Numbered from the stretch's first letter, positions 40,607-50,003 are shown. The stretch is DNA of 57,127 nt from a virus (IMGVR_UViG_2597489870_000006:1-57127), one strand, 5' to 3'. Translations and numbers: made by a program. The notes: generated by a model from the letters alone, not told the origin.

Positions 40607-41066
40607 TTACCACCCCACCAGCCTCTTTAAACCGGGCAATCAAATCACCGATTTTATGTTCATACTGACCATAACCTGCACCGGGTAACGACGCCCAGAT
40701 ATTGCTGCAACGGTCGATAGCCTGACGAATATCACCGCGATCAATCATCGGTAAAGCGCCACGCTCTTTAATCTGTTGCAGTGCCACAGCATCCTGGCTT
40801 TTGGGGGAGAAGTCTTTCAGAGCAAGCTGCTTACGGTAGGCATCCCACCAGCGTGAAAGAAGCTGATAACGTCCGGCGGCTGTTGATTTGAGTTTGGGGT
40901 TTAGCGTGACAAGTTTGCGAGGGTGATCAGAGTAATCAGTAAACAGTTCGCCGCCAACAATAACATCATAACCGTGATTACGTGTCGGTTGTCGCCCGTT
41001 ATCCGTTCCTTCTGACCATGCCACCATATCGAGGAAAGCTTTACGCTGGGAATTTAGTACCTGCAT
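40590..41066 (-). CDS. endolysin, lambda R-like lytic transglycosylase (158 aa)
   Basis: Sequence ...NSQRKAFLDMVAWSEGTDNGRQPTRNHGYDVIVGGELFTDYSDHP... closely resembles lambda R. Confidence 0.9.
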   Translation of the reverse strand: MQVLNSQRKAFLDMVAWSEGTDNGRQPTRNHGYDVIVGGELFTDYSDHPRKLVTLNPKLKSTAAGRYQLLSRWWDAYRKQLALKDFSPKSQDAVALQQIKERGALPMIDRGDIRQAIDRCSNIWASLPGAGYGQYEHKIGDLIARFKEAGGVVNEAEL

Positions 41067-41069
41067 AAA

Positions 41070-41396
41070 TTACTCCTTAGAGCCACCAAACTTATTACCG
41101 ATTACTCTCATTGCAGCCCCACGAATAGCATCGACCCCGATTAGCCCAACGCCGCCACCAATGGCAACAGAAAGAGATTTAGGCCATCCGACATACTCAA
41201 GAGCGGATGCAAAAGTCAGAGTCAGAGCACCACAGAGCAAAATCTCGAGCGTTTTTCGTTTCCAGCCCCCACCACCGCCAAAATATGCAATGCGCAAGCC
41301 AGCCATAACAATCGACATAATCACTGCGCCCAGCGGTGTGTCTCCACGCCACCAGCTCTGGACCAACTCCAACCAGGTATTTGGGTTATGAGGCAT
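41070..41396 (-). CDS. holin (108 aa)
   Basis: Three hydrophobic segments, immediately upstream of endolysin. Confidence 0.7.
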   Translation of the reverse strand: MPHNPNTWLELVQSWWRGDTPLGAVIMSIVMAGLRIAYFGGGGGWKRKTLEILLCGALTLTFASALEYVGWPKSLSVAIGGGVGLIGVDAIRGAAMRVIGNKFGGSKE

Positions 41397-41530
41397 TTGT
41401 AGTTATCTCTCACCTCGCTGATACAGCAGGTGCAAATTGAGGGAACATCATGTACCGCAAATCAGAAGCGGAAACGTCAAAGAGCCGAACCAATGGATAA
41501 TTGCGGGATAGGCCAGGCCCAACGAATCCC

Positions 41531-41569
41531 CAGCAACAAAAACGACAAAACCCGCTCGACGGCGGGTTT
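41531..41569 (-). terminator. tR'-like Rho-independent terminator upstream of the lysis genes
   Basis: Stem aaacccgc/gcgggttt followed on the minus strand by ttttgtcgtttttgttg. Confidence 0.55.
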
Positions 41570-41692
41570 AAGCTGTGTGGCGAAGTAACCACTCTTAACA
41601 GATTACAAGAATTTTTGCGGACCGCGTTAATGATTTTTAATCCCAAAGTCGTATTATTCGTTTTTTACTGTAGGAGTTAATAGGTTTATATT

Positions 41693-43024
41693 ATGTTAGA
41701 TACACTATCTTTCACTGAACGTGACGAGTTCCAACGCAGAAGCATCGCTGAAAATATCATCAAGTTGCTAAAACCAGAGGCAGACATTTCACCACTGGTA
41801 ATAGACGGCGCATGGGGAACAGGGAAAACAGAATTTAGTATCAAACTGAAAAATCTCATTATTGAGCAAGAAACTGAATCTAAAGTTGTTTATATTGATG
41901 CCTTTAAAGGGGATCATGCAGAATCTCCATTACTTCTCATAACCTCTGCAATTGCCAGCATTTTACCTGAGGAAGAAAAACAACACTTCATTAAGAGATC
42001 TCTTCCTGCAATTCGCTTTGGTTTAAAAACGGTACTAAAAGCTGGTGCAGGTTGGTTTTTACGACAGGAGGCTAGTGAAGTTTCCGAAGAATTCCAAGAT
42101 GCGATGAAGAAAGCAAGCAATGCAGCAATAGATGGGACTATTGAAAATTTGCTTGAAGACCATATGGAATCAGAGAAAAACATAAATTCACTTAAATCTT
42201 GCATCGAAAGCATTTCAGAAAGTCAAAAGATAGTAATTATAATTGATGAATTAGACCGATGTAAGCCGAGTTTTTCAACAAATGTCATTGAAACAATAAA
42301 ACACATTTTTGACATCAATAATGTCTTTTTTATTTTAGTTACAAACACAGAACAATTAAAAGCATCGATAAATCATATTTATGGTTATAGTATTAACTCA
42401 CAAAAGTATCTTGACAAGTTTATAAAATATACCATCACGCTTCCAGACACATGTTTAATAAATGGTCACGTCGTATGTAAAACATCTGTTATATATTGGA
42501 ATTACCTTGTAGACAAGACAAAATCATTAAATGAAATTAATAGTTTATCTGGTAGATTTATCCGTGATTTAATTCAACGAACCAACTTATCCTTACGTGA
42601 AACACAAACTTTTTCACGCAATCTTAACATTTTTCAACTATTAAACGACGATGAGTACAAAAGCAGTGATCCTTTAATAAATAAGATCTTTGTCGTAGCT
42701 GTCTTCATACATTGCTTTGGTGACAAGGAAAAACTAAAACAAGAAATTACCGCAGAATCTATATCTCATTTAGCAGATCTGCTTAACATAAAAGAAATAC
42801 CTTATTCTTATGAGAGAAGATCGCAAATTCCTGAAATATCTATTGTATTCTTCGGAATAATTAAAGACAGTATTACTCTTAATGAGCGATTTGCCCCTAA
42901 AAGTGATGAAGAACTTAAAAAATTCACCAATGTTTATACTGATTATGAACACCTAAATTTTTGGAGTACTACACCCAGAGAGTTATTGATAAAATATATT
43001 AATCAAATGTCATTCATCCAGTAA
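41693..43024 (+). CDS. KAP-family P-loop NTPase (443 aa), AT-rich, opposite strand to flanking phage genes
   Basis: Walker A VIDGAWGTGKTEFS and KAP-type Walker B VIIIDELDRCKP; low GC; convergent with Q. Confidence 0.8.
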   Translation: MLDTLSFTERDEFQRRSIAENIIKLLKPEADISPLVIDGAWGTGKTEFSIKLKNLIIEQETESKVVYIDAFKGDHAESPLLLITSAIASILPEEEKQHFIKRSLPAIRFGLKTVLKAGAGWFLRQEASEVSEEFQDAMKKASNAAIDGTIENLLEDHMESEKNINSLKSCIESISESQKIVIIIDELDRCKPSFSTNVIETIKHIFDINNVFFILVTNTEQLKASINHIYGYSINSQKYLDKFIKYTITLPDTCLINGHVVCKTSVIYWNYLVDKTKSLNEINSLSGRFIRDLIQRTNLSLRETQTFSRNLNIFQLLNDDEYKSSDPLINKIFVVAVFIHCFGDKEKLKQEITAESISHLADLLNIKEIPYSYERRSQIPEISIVFFGIIKDSITLNERFAPKSDEELKKFTNVYTDYEHLNFWSTTPRELLIKYINQMSFIQ

Positions 43025-43054
43025 ATAATACGCCCCTGCATGGGGCGTATTATT
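43024..43054. terminator. Bidirectional terminator hairpin between the KAP NTPase gene and Q
   Basis: 13-bp inverted repeat AATAATACGCCCC/GGGGCGTATTATT with 5-nt loop, overlapping both stop codons. Confidence 0.6.
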
Positions 43055-43421
43055 AAACGTCCAAATCTAATGTTAGATCTAGCATGGAAAGGCAGCCATC
43101 AATAAATCCTTCGGCTAGCTGTATTTCTATACGTATCAATTTCTCATCCTTTCCACGCGCCTTTGCAATCTTACGCTTGGATATTCTGTATAAATAATGT
43201 GCCACAAGAAGCGAATGCTCATAAGGTCTTTTTTGCTTTAGACGAGCAAGACAACCTTCAATAATTAATGCATCACTATCCGAACAAGCCAAGCGTTTCT
43301 TGCTGGTATAGGGAAGAAGTCCCTTAAACCCAGCAGCTATAGGTGAATAGTCAACGCCTGAACTATCACTCGCCGCCCATGCTCCCCAACGCTCAAGAAC
43401 CATCTGAATATCACGCATCAA
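43053..43421 (-). CDS. late-gene antiterminator Q (small Q family, 122 aa)
   Basis: MMRDIQMVLERWGAWAA... resembles the small antitermination Q family; position before lysis module. Confidence 0.7.
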   Translation of the reverse strand: MMRDIQMVLERWGAWAASDSSGVDYSPIAAGFKGLLPYTSKKRLACSDSDALIIEGCLARLKQKRPYEHSLLVAHYLYRISKRKIAKARGKDEKLIRIEIQLAEGFIDGCLSMLDLTLDLDV

Positions 43422-43435
43422 CTTTCTCCACCAAA

Positions 43436-44431
43436 TCAGGCCAGCACGCCAATTGCCAGCGCACGATCGATAAAACGAAATATCAGCTCCAGCTGGGAGC
43501 CATACTTCTCTTCAAATGCCACGGTATCCGCATGCAGCTCGTCGTGATGCTTTCTGCACAAAGGCAACACAAAGAGGTCATGCGCTTTTGTACCCATTCC
43601 CCCCTGACCGTGGCCTATCAGGTGGTGGGGATCATCAGCGGGCTTTCCACAACATGCACACGGCTGCGTCTTAACCCAGCGCGTGTACTTCTCATTAACC
43701 CAGCGGCGACGTTTTGGGCGTAACATAAAAGACTCCGGCGACTCCGGATCCACTTTCAGCGCCAGCACCTTTTTTGCCTTATCCTGGATGATGCTGGTGG
43801 CAGGAACCGAAGGCACAAGGTCACTTTCCCGGGTGACAGACGGCACAACAGGCTTTGGTAATCTCAGTGCCTTACGGGCTGCACTTTCCGGTAAGGCATC
43901 CGCCAGGTCATTACGAATCAGCCACCAGCACAGTTCCGGCATTGTCACAACGTGACTATCATCAAAACCGAGATCCCGACGCACAACAGACAACACCCAG
44001 CGGGCACAGTTATCCGTTGCCATTGATTCCAGCCGTTCCGTGAACTGATCGCGCAGCTGGTTATCACAGTGCCAGCACAGACGGATTGCGCCCGGAGCGT
44101 GTCGCATTGTGGTCATGTTCTCGCTGTGCCAGTCGGAATGAGGCCACTGGCAGCCTTTTTCACGAAGTAACCAGCTTTCAAGACATTCCACGCCACCAGC
44201 ACGACGGATCACTGCCTCATTGCGGAACACGGCCCGAACAGCAGGATCATCCGCCAGCGGTTGTGATGCCGCGGGAACGGCACCACTGGCGAAAGATGAA
44301 TAACGTTCCGGCTCAGGCTCCAGCAGTACACGCCCCTGCATAAACAGGGGCATCAGCTCTGAACCTGGTCTGAACAATACGATCCCCATACGCGGGGCAA
44401 TTTCAGGGGTCAGTAGTGCTCTCACGGTCAC
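43436..44431 (-). CDS. DUF968-type lambdoid prophage protein (331 aa)
   Basis: C-terminal Cys/His cluster CACCGKP...HHLIGH...CRKHH as in DUF968 proteins of nin regions. Confidence 0.6.
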   Translation of the reverse strand: MTVRALLTPEIAPRMGIVLFRPGSELMPLFMQGRVLLEPEPERYSSFASGAVPAASQPLADDPAVRAVFRNEAVIRRAGGVECLESWLLREKGCQWPHSDWHSENMTTMRHAPGAIRLCWHCDNQLRDQFTERLESMATDNCARWVLSVVRRDLGFDDSHVVTMPELCWWLIRNDLADALPESAARKALRLPKPVVPSVTRESDLVPSVPATSIIQDKAKKVLALKVDPESPESFMLRPKRRRWVNEKYTRWVKTQPCACCGKPADDPHHLIGHGQGGMGTKAHDLFVLPLCRKHHDELHADTVAFEEKYGSQLELIFRFIDRALAIGVLA

Positions 44432-44432
44432 C

Positions 44433-45230
44433 TCAATGAACGGTATCGAGCAGCTTTAACAGCTCAGGGAATCGGGATTCGAAGAAATGCGGCTGCGTCT
44501 CGCGCGGATTTGCAGGACTGATAATGTTCTTGCCGAACATGCAGCCTTTCGCCGTCAGCGACCAGAATTTTTTGATTTTGTTAATCGCGGTACGGCTGTA
44601 TCGTTCGCGTTGTTCAACGATCCCCAGCTTCGCCATCTGGTGATATGCCTGATTAGCTGTCAGGCGGATACCATACTGTTTCAGCAGTGCACTCAGCGAC
44701 AGCGTAGGGCGACTTGAGCCATCAGGCGCGTCAGCAGGAGCATCAATGGCATAGCGTGGTGCCAGATTCGGTAAGCCAACAGCCTCCTGGAGTTTCTGAC
44801 AGGCCCCAAGCACAGATGAGTTAGACAGGTTTAACTCCCGGCGCATAAAGTCCAGCAGAATCACGCCAGCCTGCATCTTGTCAGCAGCCTGCCCGGATAA
44901 TTTTTCCGGTGCGCTGGTTACCATATCGAAAGTACGGATCACCTTCAGATGGAATGACGGGCTGATCCACATTGCATAGGCATACACCAGTTCTTTGCAG
45001 ACATACGTCCCCTGGTTATTTCCGCCACGACTAACGTTAACTGGCTCTATATTGACCGAGTTGCAAATCTGCAACTCGCTTATTAAACGTTCGGTTTGCT
45101 CATTGCGGAGCCAGAATGCAGGCTTATGCTTATCCTGAGAACCGGCAGCCCTGTGCAGATCGTTCAGGCTGTAACGCCCATAAGCATCACGACGAACTTC
45201 AATACCATCAATGACCATCAGATTATTCAT
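44433..45230 (-). CDS. KilA-N domain protein (265 aa)
   Basis: N-terminal MVIDGIEVRRDAYGRYSLNDLHRAAG pattern of KilA-N domains. Confidence 0.55.
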   Translation of the reverse strand: MNNLMVIDGIEVRRDAYGRYSLNDLHRAAGSQDKHKPAFWLRNEQTERLISELQICNSVNIEPVNVSRGGNNQGTYVCKELVYAYAMWISPSFHLKVIRTFDMVTSAPEKLSGQAADKMQAGVILLDFMRRELNLSNSSVLGACQKLQEAVGLPNLAPRYAIDAPADAPDGSSRPTLSLSALLKQYGIRLTANQAYHQMAKLGIVEQRERYSRTAINKIKKFWSLTAKGCMFGKNIISPANPRETQPHFFESRFPELLKLLDTVH

Positions 45231-45249
45231 ACTTCGTTTCTCCTCTTAA

Positions 45250-45639
45250 TCAGGCGGCTGCACCCGCCGTTTTCTCGTACTTACTGATAGTGATCTCGAC
45301 CTTCCCTTCCGGGATAACCGGCCCCCACTCCACCAGCATTCTTTTCACCTGACTGTCGTCTTCCCACACACCCGCGTGGGTCAGGGCATCAAACAGCGCC
45401 TTGTTATAGTTGTCCAGATCGCGGATCCGGTTATCCGGAGGAAACAACACGATCTCCACTGAAGCAGGTGCCGACGTTGGTTTCGGCAGACGACGTAACT
45501 GCTCAACTATTGCTGCGCACGCCGCGCTCTGGAATTTTCGCCCCGCCGCGCTTATCAGGCTCTTACCAGCAAACGCCCCTTTGTTGGGGTGTCGCCAGTA
45601 CGTGTTCACGCTGGGCGGAAAAGGCAGGATCAGCTTCAT
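45250..45639 (-). CDS. rusA: RusA-type Holliday junction resolvase (129 aa)
   Basis: MKLILPFPPSVNTYWRH...D..N conserved RusA N-terminus. Confidence 0.8.
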   Translation of the reverse strand: MKLILPFPPSVNTYWRHPNKGAFAGKSLISAAGRKFQSAACAAIVEQLRRLPKPTSAPASVEIVLFPPDNRIRDLDNYNKALFDALTHAGVWEDDSQVKRMLVEWGPVIPEGKVEITISKYEKTAGAAA

Positions 45640-45962
45640 ACTTTCAGGTCCCTCTCATGTAACCAGTGGGTTGCACGCAGCCTTGCGTTTTCCTCACCGG
45701 CAAGCAGTGCGCGGATAATCCCGACCGCCTCGCTGTCGTCGTCCTTCACCGCGGTATGAAGCGTTATCCCCCGGGCCACGCCACGCTTTATCGTGATGAC
45801 GCCTTTTTTCTCCAGTGCGCGAAGATGCTCCACCGCTGCATTCACCGAACGGTATCCCAGCATGGTTGCCACCTCCTGATTGGTTGGCGGGAAGCCACGT
45901 TCTTTCTGATAAGAAATCAGCATATCCAGCACCTGCTGCTGGCATTGAGTTAACGTCGTCAT
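45636..45962 (-). CDS. LexA-like winged-helix DNA-binding protein (108 aa)
   Basis: ...GFPPTNQEVATMLGYRSVNAAVEHLRALEKKGVI... resembles the LexA N-terminal domain. Confidence 0.55.
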   Translation of the reverse strand: MTTLTQCQQQVLDMLISYQKERGFPPTNQEVATMLGYRSVNAAVEHLRALEKKGVITIKRGVARGITLHTAVKDDDSEAVGIIRALLAGEENARLRATHWLHERDLKV

Positions 45963-46645
45963 GCCGCCATCTCCCTGACCAGTTTTTCCGCCTGCTGGCG
46001 AACCTGCGCCAGAAACGCCTCACCACATGCCTCAAGTTCATCGCGCCCGATGTAGCTGATTGCCGGTCCCTTCCAGGTCTTGTCAAAAACAGCAATAGCA
46101 CCAGCGAAAAAAGCTCCTGTCGGTACCTGCTTCTCGTCTTTCGGGATAAACCAGACAGGCAGTTCAAAACCAATACGCCCGCGAATAAAAGCAATATGAT
46201 CTGCATCTTCCGGCCACCACACTTCGCTGGTGGCAGCTTTGATCAGGAAAACATAGCGCCCGCCCTTATCACGCATGGCACTGGCATGTTTCATGATGTA
46301 ACGCATGCCGGTGATGTATTGCCCCTCATGCTGACTGGCGCGGCTGTATGGGGGATTACCAAAGGCAGCACCTTTAAGCTCCGCAAGACGTTCTGACCAG
46401 TCATGCGCCAGCGCGTTGTCTTCCGCCGTGTAATACGCGGCACATTTGGCGTTATCACCGTCAGTGAACAGATCCAGAACAAACGGGCCAAACAGGGTGT
46501 TAATTCCCCAGAAAATGTTGTCCGGCGTGCGCCACTGATCGCCCACTTCCTTCAGTTCATGGGCTGGTTTGTTCCGCAGTTCCACCAGCGCCTGGCAATA
46601 TTTATTACTCATTAAGCCCCCACGTAATTCCCTGACAGATACCAC
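45959..46645 (-). CDS. phage N6-adenine DNA methyltransferase (228 aa)
   Basis: NPPY catalytic motif (GNPPYSRA) and phage Dam-like sequence. Confidence 0.75.
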   Translation of the reverse strand: MVSVRELRGGLMSNKYCQALVELRNKPAHELKEVGDQWRTPDNIFWGINTLFGPFVLDLFTDGDNAKCAAYYTAEDNALAHDWSERLAELKGAAFGNPPYSRASQHEGQYITGMRYIMKHASAMRDKGGRYVFLIKAATSEVWWPEDADHIAFIRGRIGFELPVWFIPKDEKQVPTGAFFAGAIAVFDKTWKGPAISYIGRDELEACGEAFLAQVRQQAEKLVREMAA

Positions 46646-47106
46646 TCTTCACCCGATGCAGCGCGCTTGCTGCTTTTCCGTAAGCACCGCTCACGACGCG
46701 CCAGAAAATTGTTTCGTTCTGGCTGGGAGTGGCTTTCACGGAATGCCGCCATCCACACGGTTGCAGCACGACGGTATAAGCCCCTGGACTCCAGTTCTTC
46801 CGCCTGGCGGGTCAGGCACAAAATCACACGGGGATCGTTAGTGCCGACATAGAAATTGCGCACAGGTCTGGTTTCACGAACTGGTTGTGGTTCCGGTTCC
46901 TGCGCTCTCTCAGTCAGGCGCGGGAAATGTCTGCGTGTATCTCCTTCACAACGGTGAGCCACACGCCCACTCTGACGTAACTTGCTTGCTGACTGCAGAA
47001 CGCGCTGCCGTGAGTAACCGGCAAAAGCATCCGCAATATCTCCGGAAGTACAGCCCGGATGGGCTTCAATGAATTTCTGAACGTCATTCAAAAGACTCAT
47101 GCTCAC
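46612..47106 (-). CDS. PerC-like regulator with N-terminal HTH (164 aa)
   Basis: C-terminal AEELESRGLYRRAATVWMAAF matches the PerC-like motif also seen at 1-282. Confidence 0.45.
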   Translation of the reverse strand: MSMSLLNDVQKFIEAHPGCTSGDIADAFAGYSRQRVLQSASKLRQSGRVAHRCEGDTRRHFPRLTERAQEPEPQPVRETRPVRNFYVGTNDPRVILCLTRQAEELESRGLYRRAATVWMAAFRESHSQPERNNFLARRERCLRKSSKRAASGEEWYLSGNYVGA

Positions 47107-48044
47107 CCCCTGAATCCTGCCGGGATCTGGCTGTAGTCCACGTTGTCGTAACTGGCTTTGAAGTACGGGTCTTCGCGTTTTTCGGTGTACGTGCTGACGG
47201 ACGGCGATAAGCGCAGGGAAAGCTCATCCCATTTTTCCCGCAGCTTCGACGGGCTGAGCACGTTACGGCACCAGAACGGATCGCGACTGACGCGGCTGTA
47301 CATCTCGCAGATTTGTTTATGAGTACGACCATCCTGCACACACATCAGGCGAATTTCGTTTGCCCAGGCTGTCCAGTTCGGTTCTTTGGGACGAACCACC
47401 TCGCCGTCACATTCGGCGGCATGCTCGTACAGGGCGATGATTTTTTTCCAGAGCCACTGTGCGCAGGTCAAATCATCCTGCGTCCCCCACTGGCGCTTTT
47501 TAGGGCTGAATACAACCGCATCAGGATGGCGAGTTAAAAAATCCTGTTCAGCCTTCTGCGTGTCCGGTTGCGAAGCGTCCGGACGAGAAGTTTTTTTATC
47601 TGACGGATCATGTTTTGATTTTACTGACGGATCCCCGCCAGATTCTGACGGGTGAAAACCCGCTTTTTTGCCAGATTTCGACGCATCAAATTTTGACGGG
47701 TCAGATTTTGATGCGTCAGATTTTGACGGGTCAGAATCTGACAGTTGAGAAAAAGCCGCAGCCTGAAGCTTCGCAACGTTAAGCTGATAAACATTCGACG
47801 CATTGCGGTTACCCTGGCGACGCGCCTTACGCGTTAACCAGCCTTCTGCTTCCAGCCGTGCGATAGCCGTTCTGACGGTACTCATCCCCGCGCCAATCTG
47901 GCGGGCAATGGTTTCAATTGATGGCCAGCACACACCTTCGTCATTACTGAAATCAGCCAGGCGTGCCATAATTGCCACGCTGGATAATTTCATGCCTGAC
48001 GCTGCGCAACCATCCCATACATAGCCGGTTAATTTAGTGCTCAT
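47103..48044 (-). CDS. replication initiator, lambda O-like (313 aa) with internal origin iterons
   Basis: N-terminal HTH ...GVCWPSIETIARQIG... typical of phage replication proteins; repeat-encoded SDSDPSKSDASKSDPSKFDASKS linker. Confidence 0.75.
   Translation of the reverse strand: MSTKLTGYVWDGCAASGMKLSSVAIMARLADFSNDEGVCWPSIETIARQIGAGMSTVRTAIARLEAEGWLTRKARRQGNRNASNVYQLNVAKLQAAAFSQLSDSDPSKSDASKSDPSKFDASKSGKKAGFHPSESGGDPSVKSKHDPSDKKTSRPDASQPDTQKAEQDFLTRHPDAVVFSPKKRQWGTQDDLTCAQWLWKKIIALYEHAAECDGEVVRPKEPNWTAWANEIRLMCVQDGRTHKQICEMYSRVSRDPFWCRNVLSPSKLREKWDELSLRLSPSVSTYTEKREDPYFKASYDNVDYSQIPAGFRG
47595..47760. repeat. Origin iterons inside the O-like gene (about 7 copies of GATTTTGACGGGTCAGA-type repeat)
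   Basis: tcagattttgatgcgtcagattttgacgggtcagaatctgac and further copies upstream. Confidence 0.65.
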
Positions 48045-48388
48045 GACCGACCTCTATTTCCCTGAATTTACGACGAAACTGTTCGAGCGGACTGAAGCAT
48101 TCATGCTCATAGCCTTCGCGGAGGTAGATAACCCGTTGTGTTTCCGGCTCCCAACGAATGACTCTGACGGGTACTCCGTAGTGATCTTTGAACCAGCGGT
48201 TAACTTGTCGCAAAGGACTGTCTCCTTTTGCCGGTTAAAATCACCCACAGCCCACTCTGCAAAGCTGTGGGTTACAATTACCCTGCCACCTGGTACATTT
48301 ACTGCATAGCAATACTCCACCTTCGCTTTTCCACCCGGTACAGGAAGCGCAATCAGTTGCGAGCGACGGTAGTGTGTTGTTAAACTAT

Positions 48389-48940
48389 TCATGCGTTAGT
48401 TTCTCCACAGTCACGACACGCCACGGCGCCCGGAGCTGCACACTCGCGGGCGTCATTACTTTCTGAAATGCAAAAAATTTTGTAGACCAGTGCTGCATGC
48501 TCCTGCAGCTTCGAAATTGAGAGGTACAGCTCGTCGTTAATTGCTGTCTTCTCATGCGGTTCCACTACACCGTCTTCAATTGCTGAACGAATCTGTTTTG
48601 AATAACTGCCGATCTGTTCAATGACCTCCAGCAGGCGTTGGTTGATATCGGCGTTGTCCACATCCTCGACATCAGGAAGAGACACAAAGACGCCATTTGC
48701 AGACTGCGCCACAGCGTCAGCAATGAAGTGAGTTCCACCAGCACGTTGCAAAATCATTGCCCATCCCAGCGGGAAAATCTGATCGCCATCGGCACGAAGG
48801 CGGTTAAATAATGCGTTCTCTGTTACATCCAGCCAGTCAGCTGCTTCAGCGTAACCCCCCGGCAACGCTGCGATAGTTTTTCTGACAGCTTTCACGTACC
48901 ACTCAGGCTGTTTTTCTACTTTCCAGTGATGCTTACCCAC
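48389..48940 (-). CDS. early regulatory protein at the cII position (183 aa, CII/YdaT-like)
   Basis: Directly downstream of cro with overlapping stop/start; family assignment uncertain. Confidence 0.45.
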   Translation of the reverse strand: MGKHHWKVEKQPEWYVKAVRKTIAALPGGYAEAADWLDVTENALFNRLRADGDQIFPLGWAMILQRAGGTHFIADAVAQSANGVFVSLPDVEDVDNADINQRLLEVIEQIGSYSKQIRSAIEDGVVEPHEKTAINDELYLSISKLQEHAALVYKIFCISESNDARECAAPGAVACRDCGETNA

Positions 48941-49193
48941 GGTTCACCTCCTGTTCCTGTGGTTTAAACCCATTCTGATTTTGGCTAGATTGAAAACGTG
49001 CCGGATAAAGAATCTGCATTTCGCTGACTTCACCCTTAAAAAAATTGGCTAAACGTTCTGCAAGCTCGATAGATGGAATCTGCTCCAGCCTCTCAATACG
49101 ACTCAACGTCGCTGGATTGACTTGAACACCCGCAGCAACATGCTGCAAAGTGAAACCATGCGCCTTACGCACATTTCGTAATGGTGATTGCAT
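48933..49193 (-). CDS. cro: Cro-like HTH repressor (86 aa)
   Basis: HTH ...FTLQHVAAGVQVNPATLSRIE...; divergent from cI; strong SD GGAGG. Confidence 0.8.
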   Translation of the reverse strand: MQSPLRNVRKAHGFTLQHVAAGVQVNPATLSRIERLEQIPSIELAERLANFFKGEVSEMQILYPARFQSSQNQNGFKPQEQEVNRG

Positions 49194-49290
49194 ATAACCT
49201 CCAAATATTGCGCGTTATGCATGTTATTCCACGCAATTATTTTGCGCAAGTTGATTTGCTTATCACGCAATAAAGAAATGTAATAAACGC
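49194..49290. promoter_or_regulatory. OR-type operator/promoter region between cro and cI
   Basis: Repeated CGCAA/TTGCG half-sites (acgcaattattttgcgcaa, tcacgcaat); cI appears leaderless. Confidence 0.6.
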
Positions 49291-49983
49291 ATGAACATAG
49301 GAAACCGAGTCAGACAACTTCGCCAAGCGAAGAACATGAAAATCGCCGATCTCGCTGAAGCAATAGGAGTAGATGCGGCGAACATCTCGCGCTTAGAAAC
49401 GGGTAAGCAAAAACAATTTACCGAACAAACACTGAGTAATATTGCCAAGAGCTTAGGTGTTGATATTGCTGATCTCTTTACCTCTGCCCACAAAAGTAAT
49501 ACTGTATATAAAAACAGTAATAATGAGGATGTTGCGCAGGTGAAGGATGTGTTCCGTATTGAAATGCTGGATATCAGTGCCAGTGCGGGAAATGGCCTTA
49601 TCCAGGGCGGTGATGTCATTGATGTGATTCATGCCATCGAATACAGAACTGATAATGCTGTATCAATGTTCGGCGGACGACCAGCCAATCACATCAAAGT
49701 TATCAACGTTCGTGGGGACAGTATGTGTCCAACCATTGAGCCAGGAGATCTCATCTTCGTTGATGTCAGCATCAATCAGTTTGATGGTGATGGTATATAT
49801 GTCTTTGGTTTTGATGACAAAATATACGTTAAAAGACTTCAAATGATTCCTGACAAACTGCTGGTGATTTCTGATAACCAGATTTACCGTGAATGGGGAA
49901 TTACTAGCGAAAACGAACACCGATTCATGGTCTTTGGAAAGGTCTTAATCAGTCAGTCGCAAACCCTTAAGAGACATAATTAA
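49291..49983 (+). CDS. cI: CI-type prophage repressor with S24 LexA-like peptidase domain (230 aa)
   Basis: N-terminal HTH (IGNRVRQLRQAKNMKIADLAEAIGVDAANISRLETGK) and C-terminal autocleavage domain (GDSM...KRL). Confidence 0.9.
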   Translation: MNIGNRVRQLRQAKNMKIADLAEAIGVDAANISRLETGKQKQFTEQTLSNIAKSLGVDIADLFTSAHKSNTVYKNSNNEDVAQVKDVFRIEMLDISASAGNGLIQGGDVIDVIHAIEYRTDNAVSMFGGRPANHIKVINVRGDSMCPTIEPGDLIFVDVSINQFDGDGIYVFGFDDKIYVKRLQMIPDKLLVISDNQIYREWGITSENEHRFMVFGKVLISQSQTLKRHN

Positions 49984-50003
49984 CCTCAATATCCCATCCA
50001 TCG

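Noticed and set aside
41397-43053. Shiga toxin or other known toxin cargo in the Q-to-lysis slot
   Set aside because: The only gene there is the KAP-type NTPase; no A/B toxin subunit-like ORFs or signal peptides were seen.
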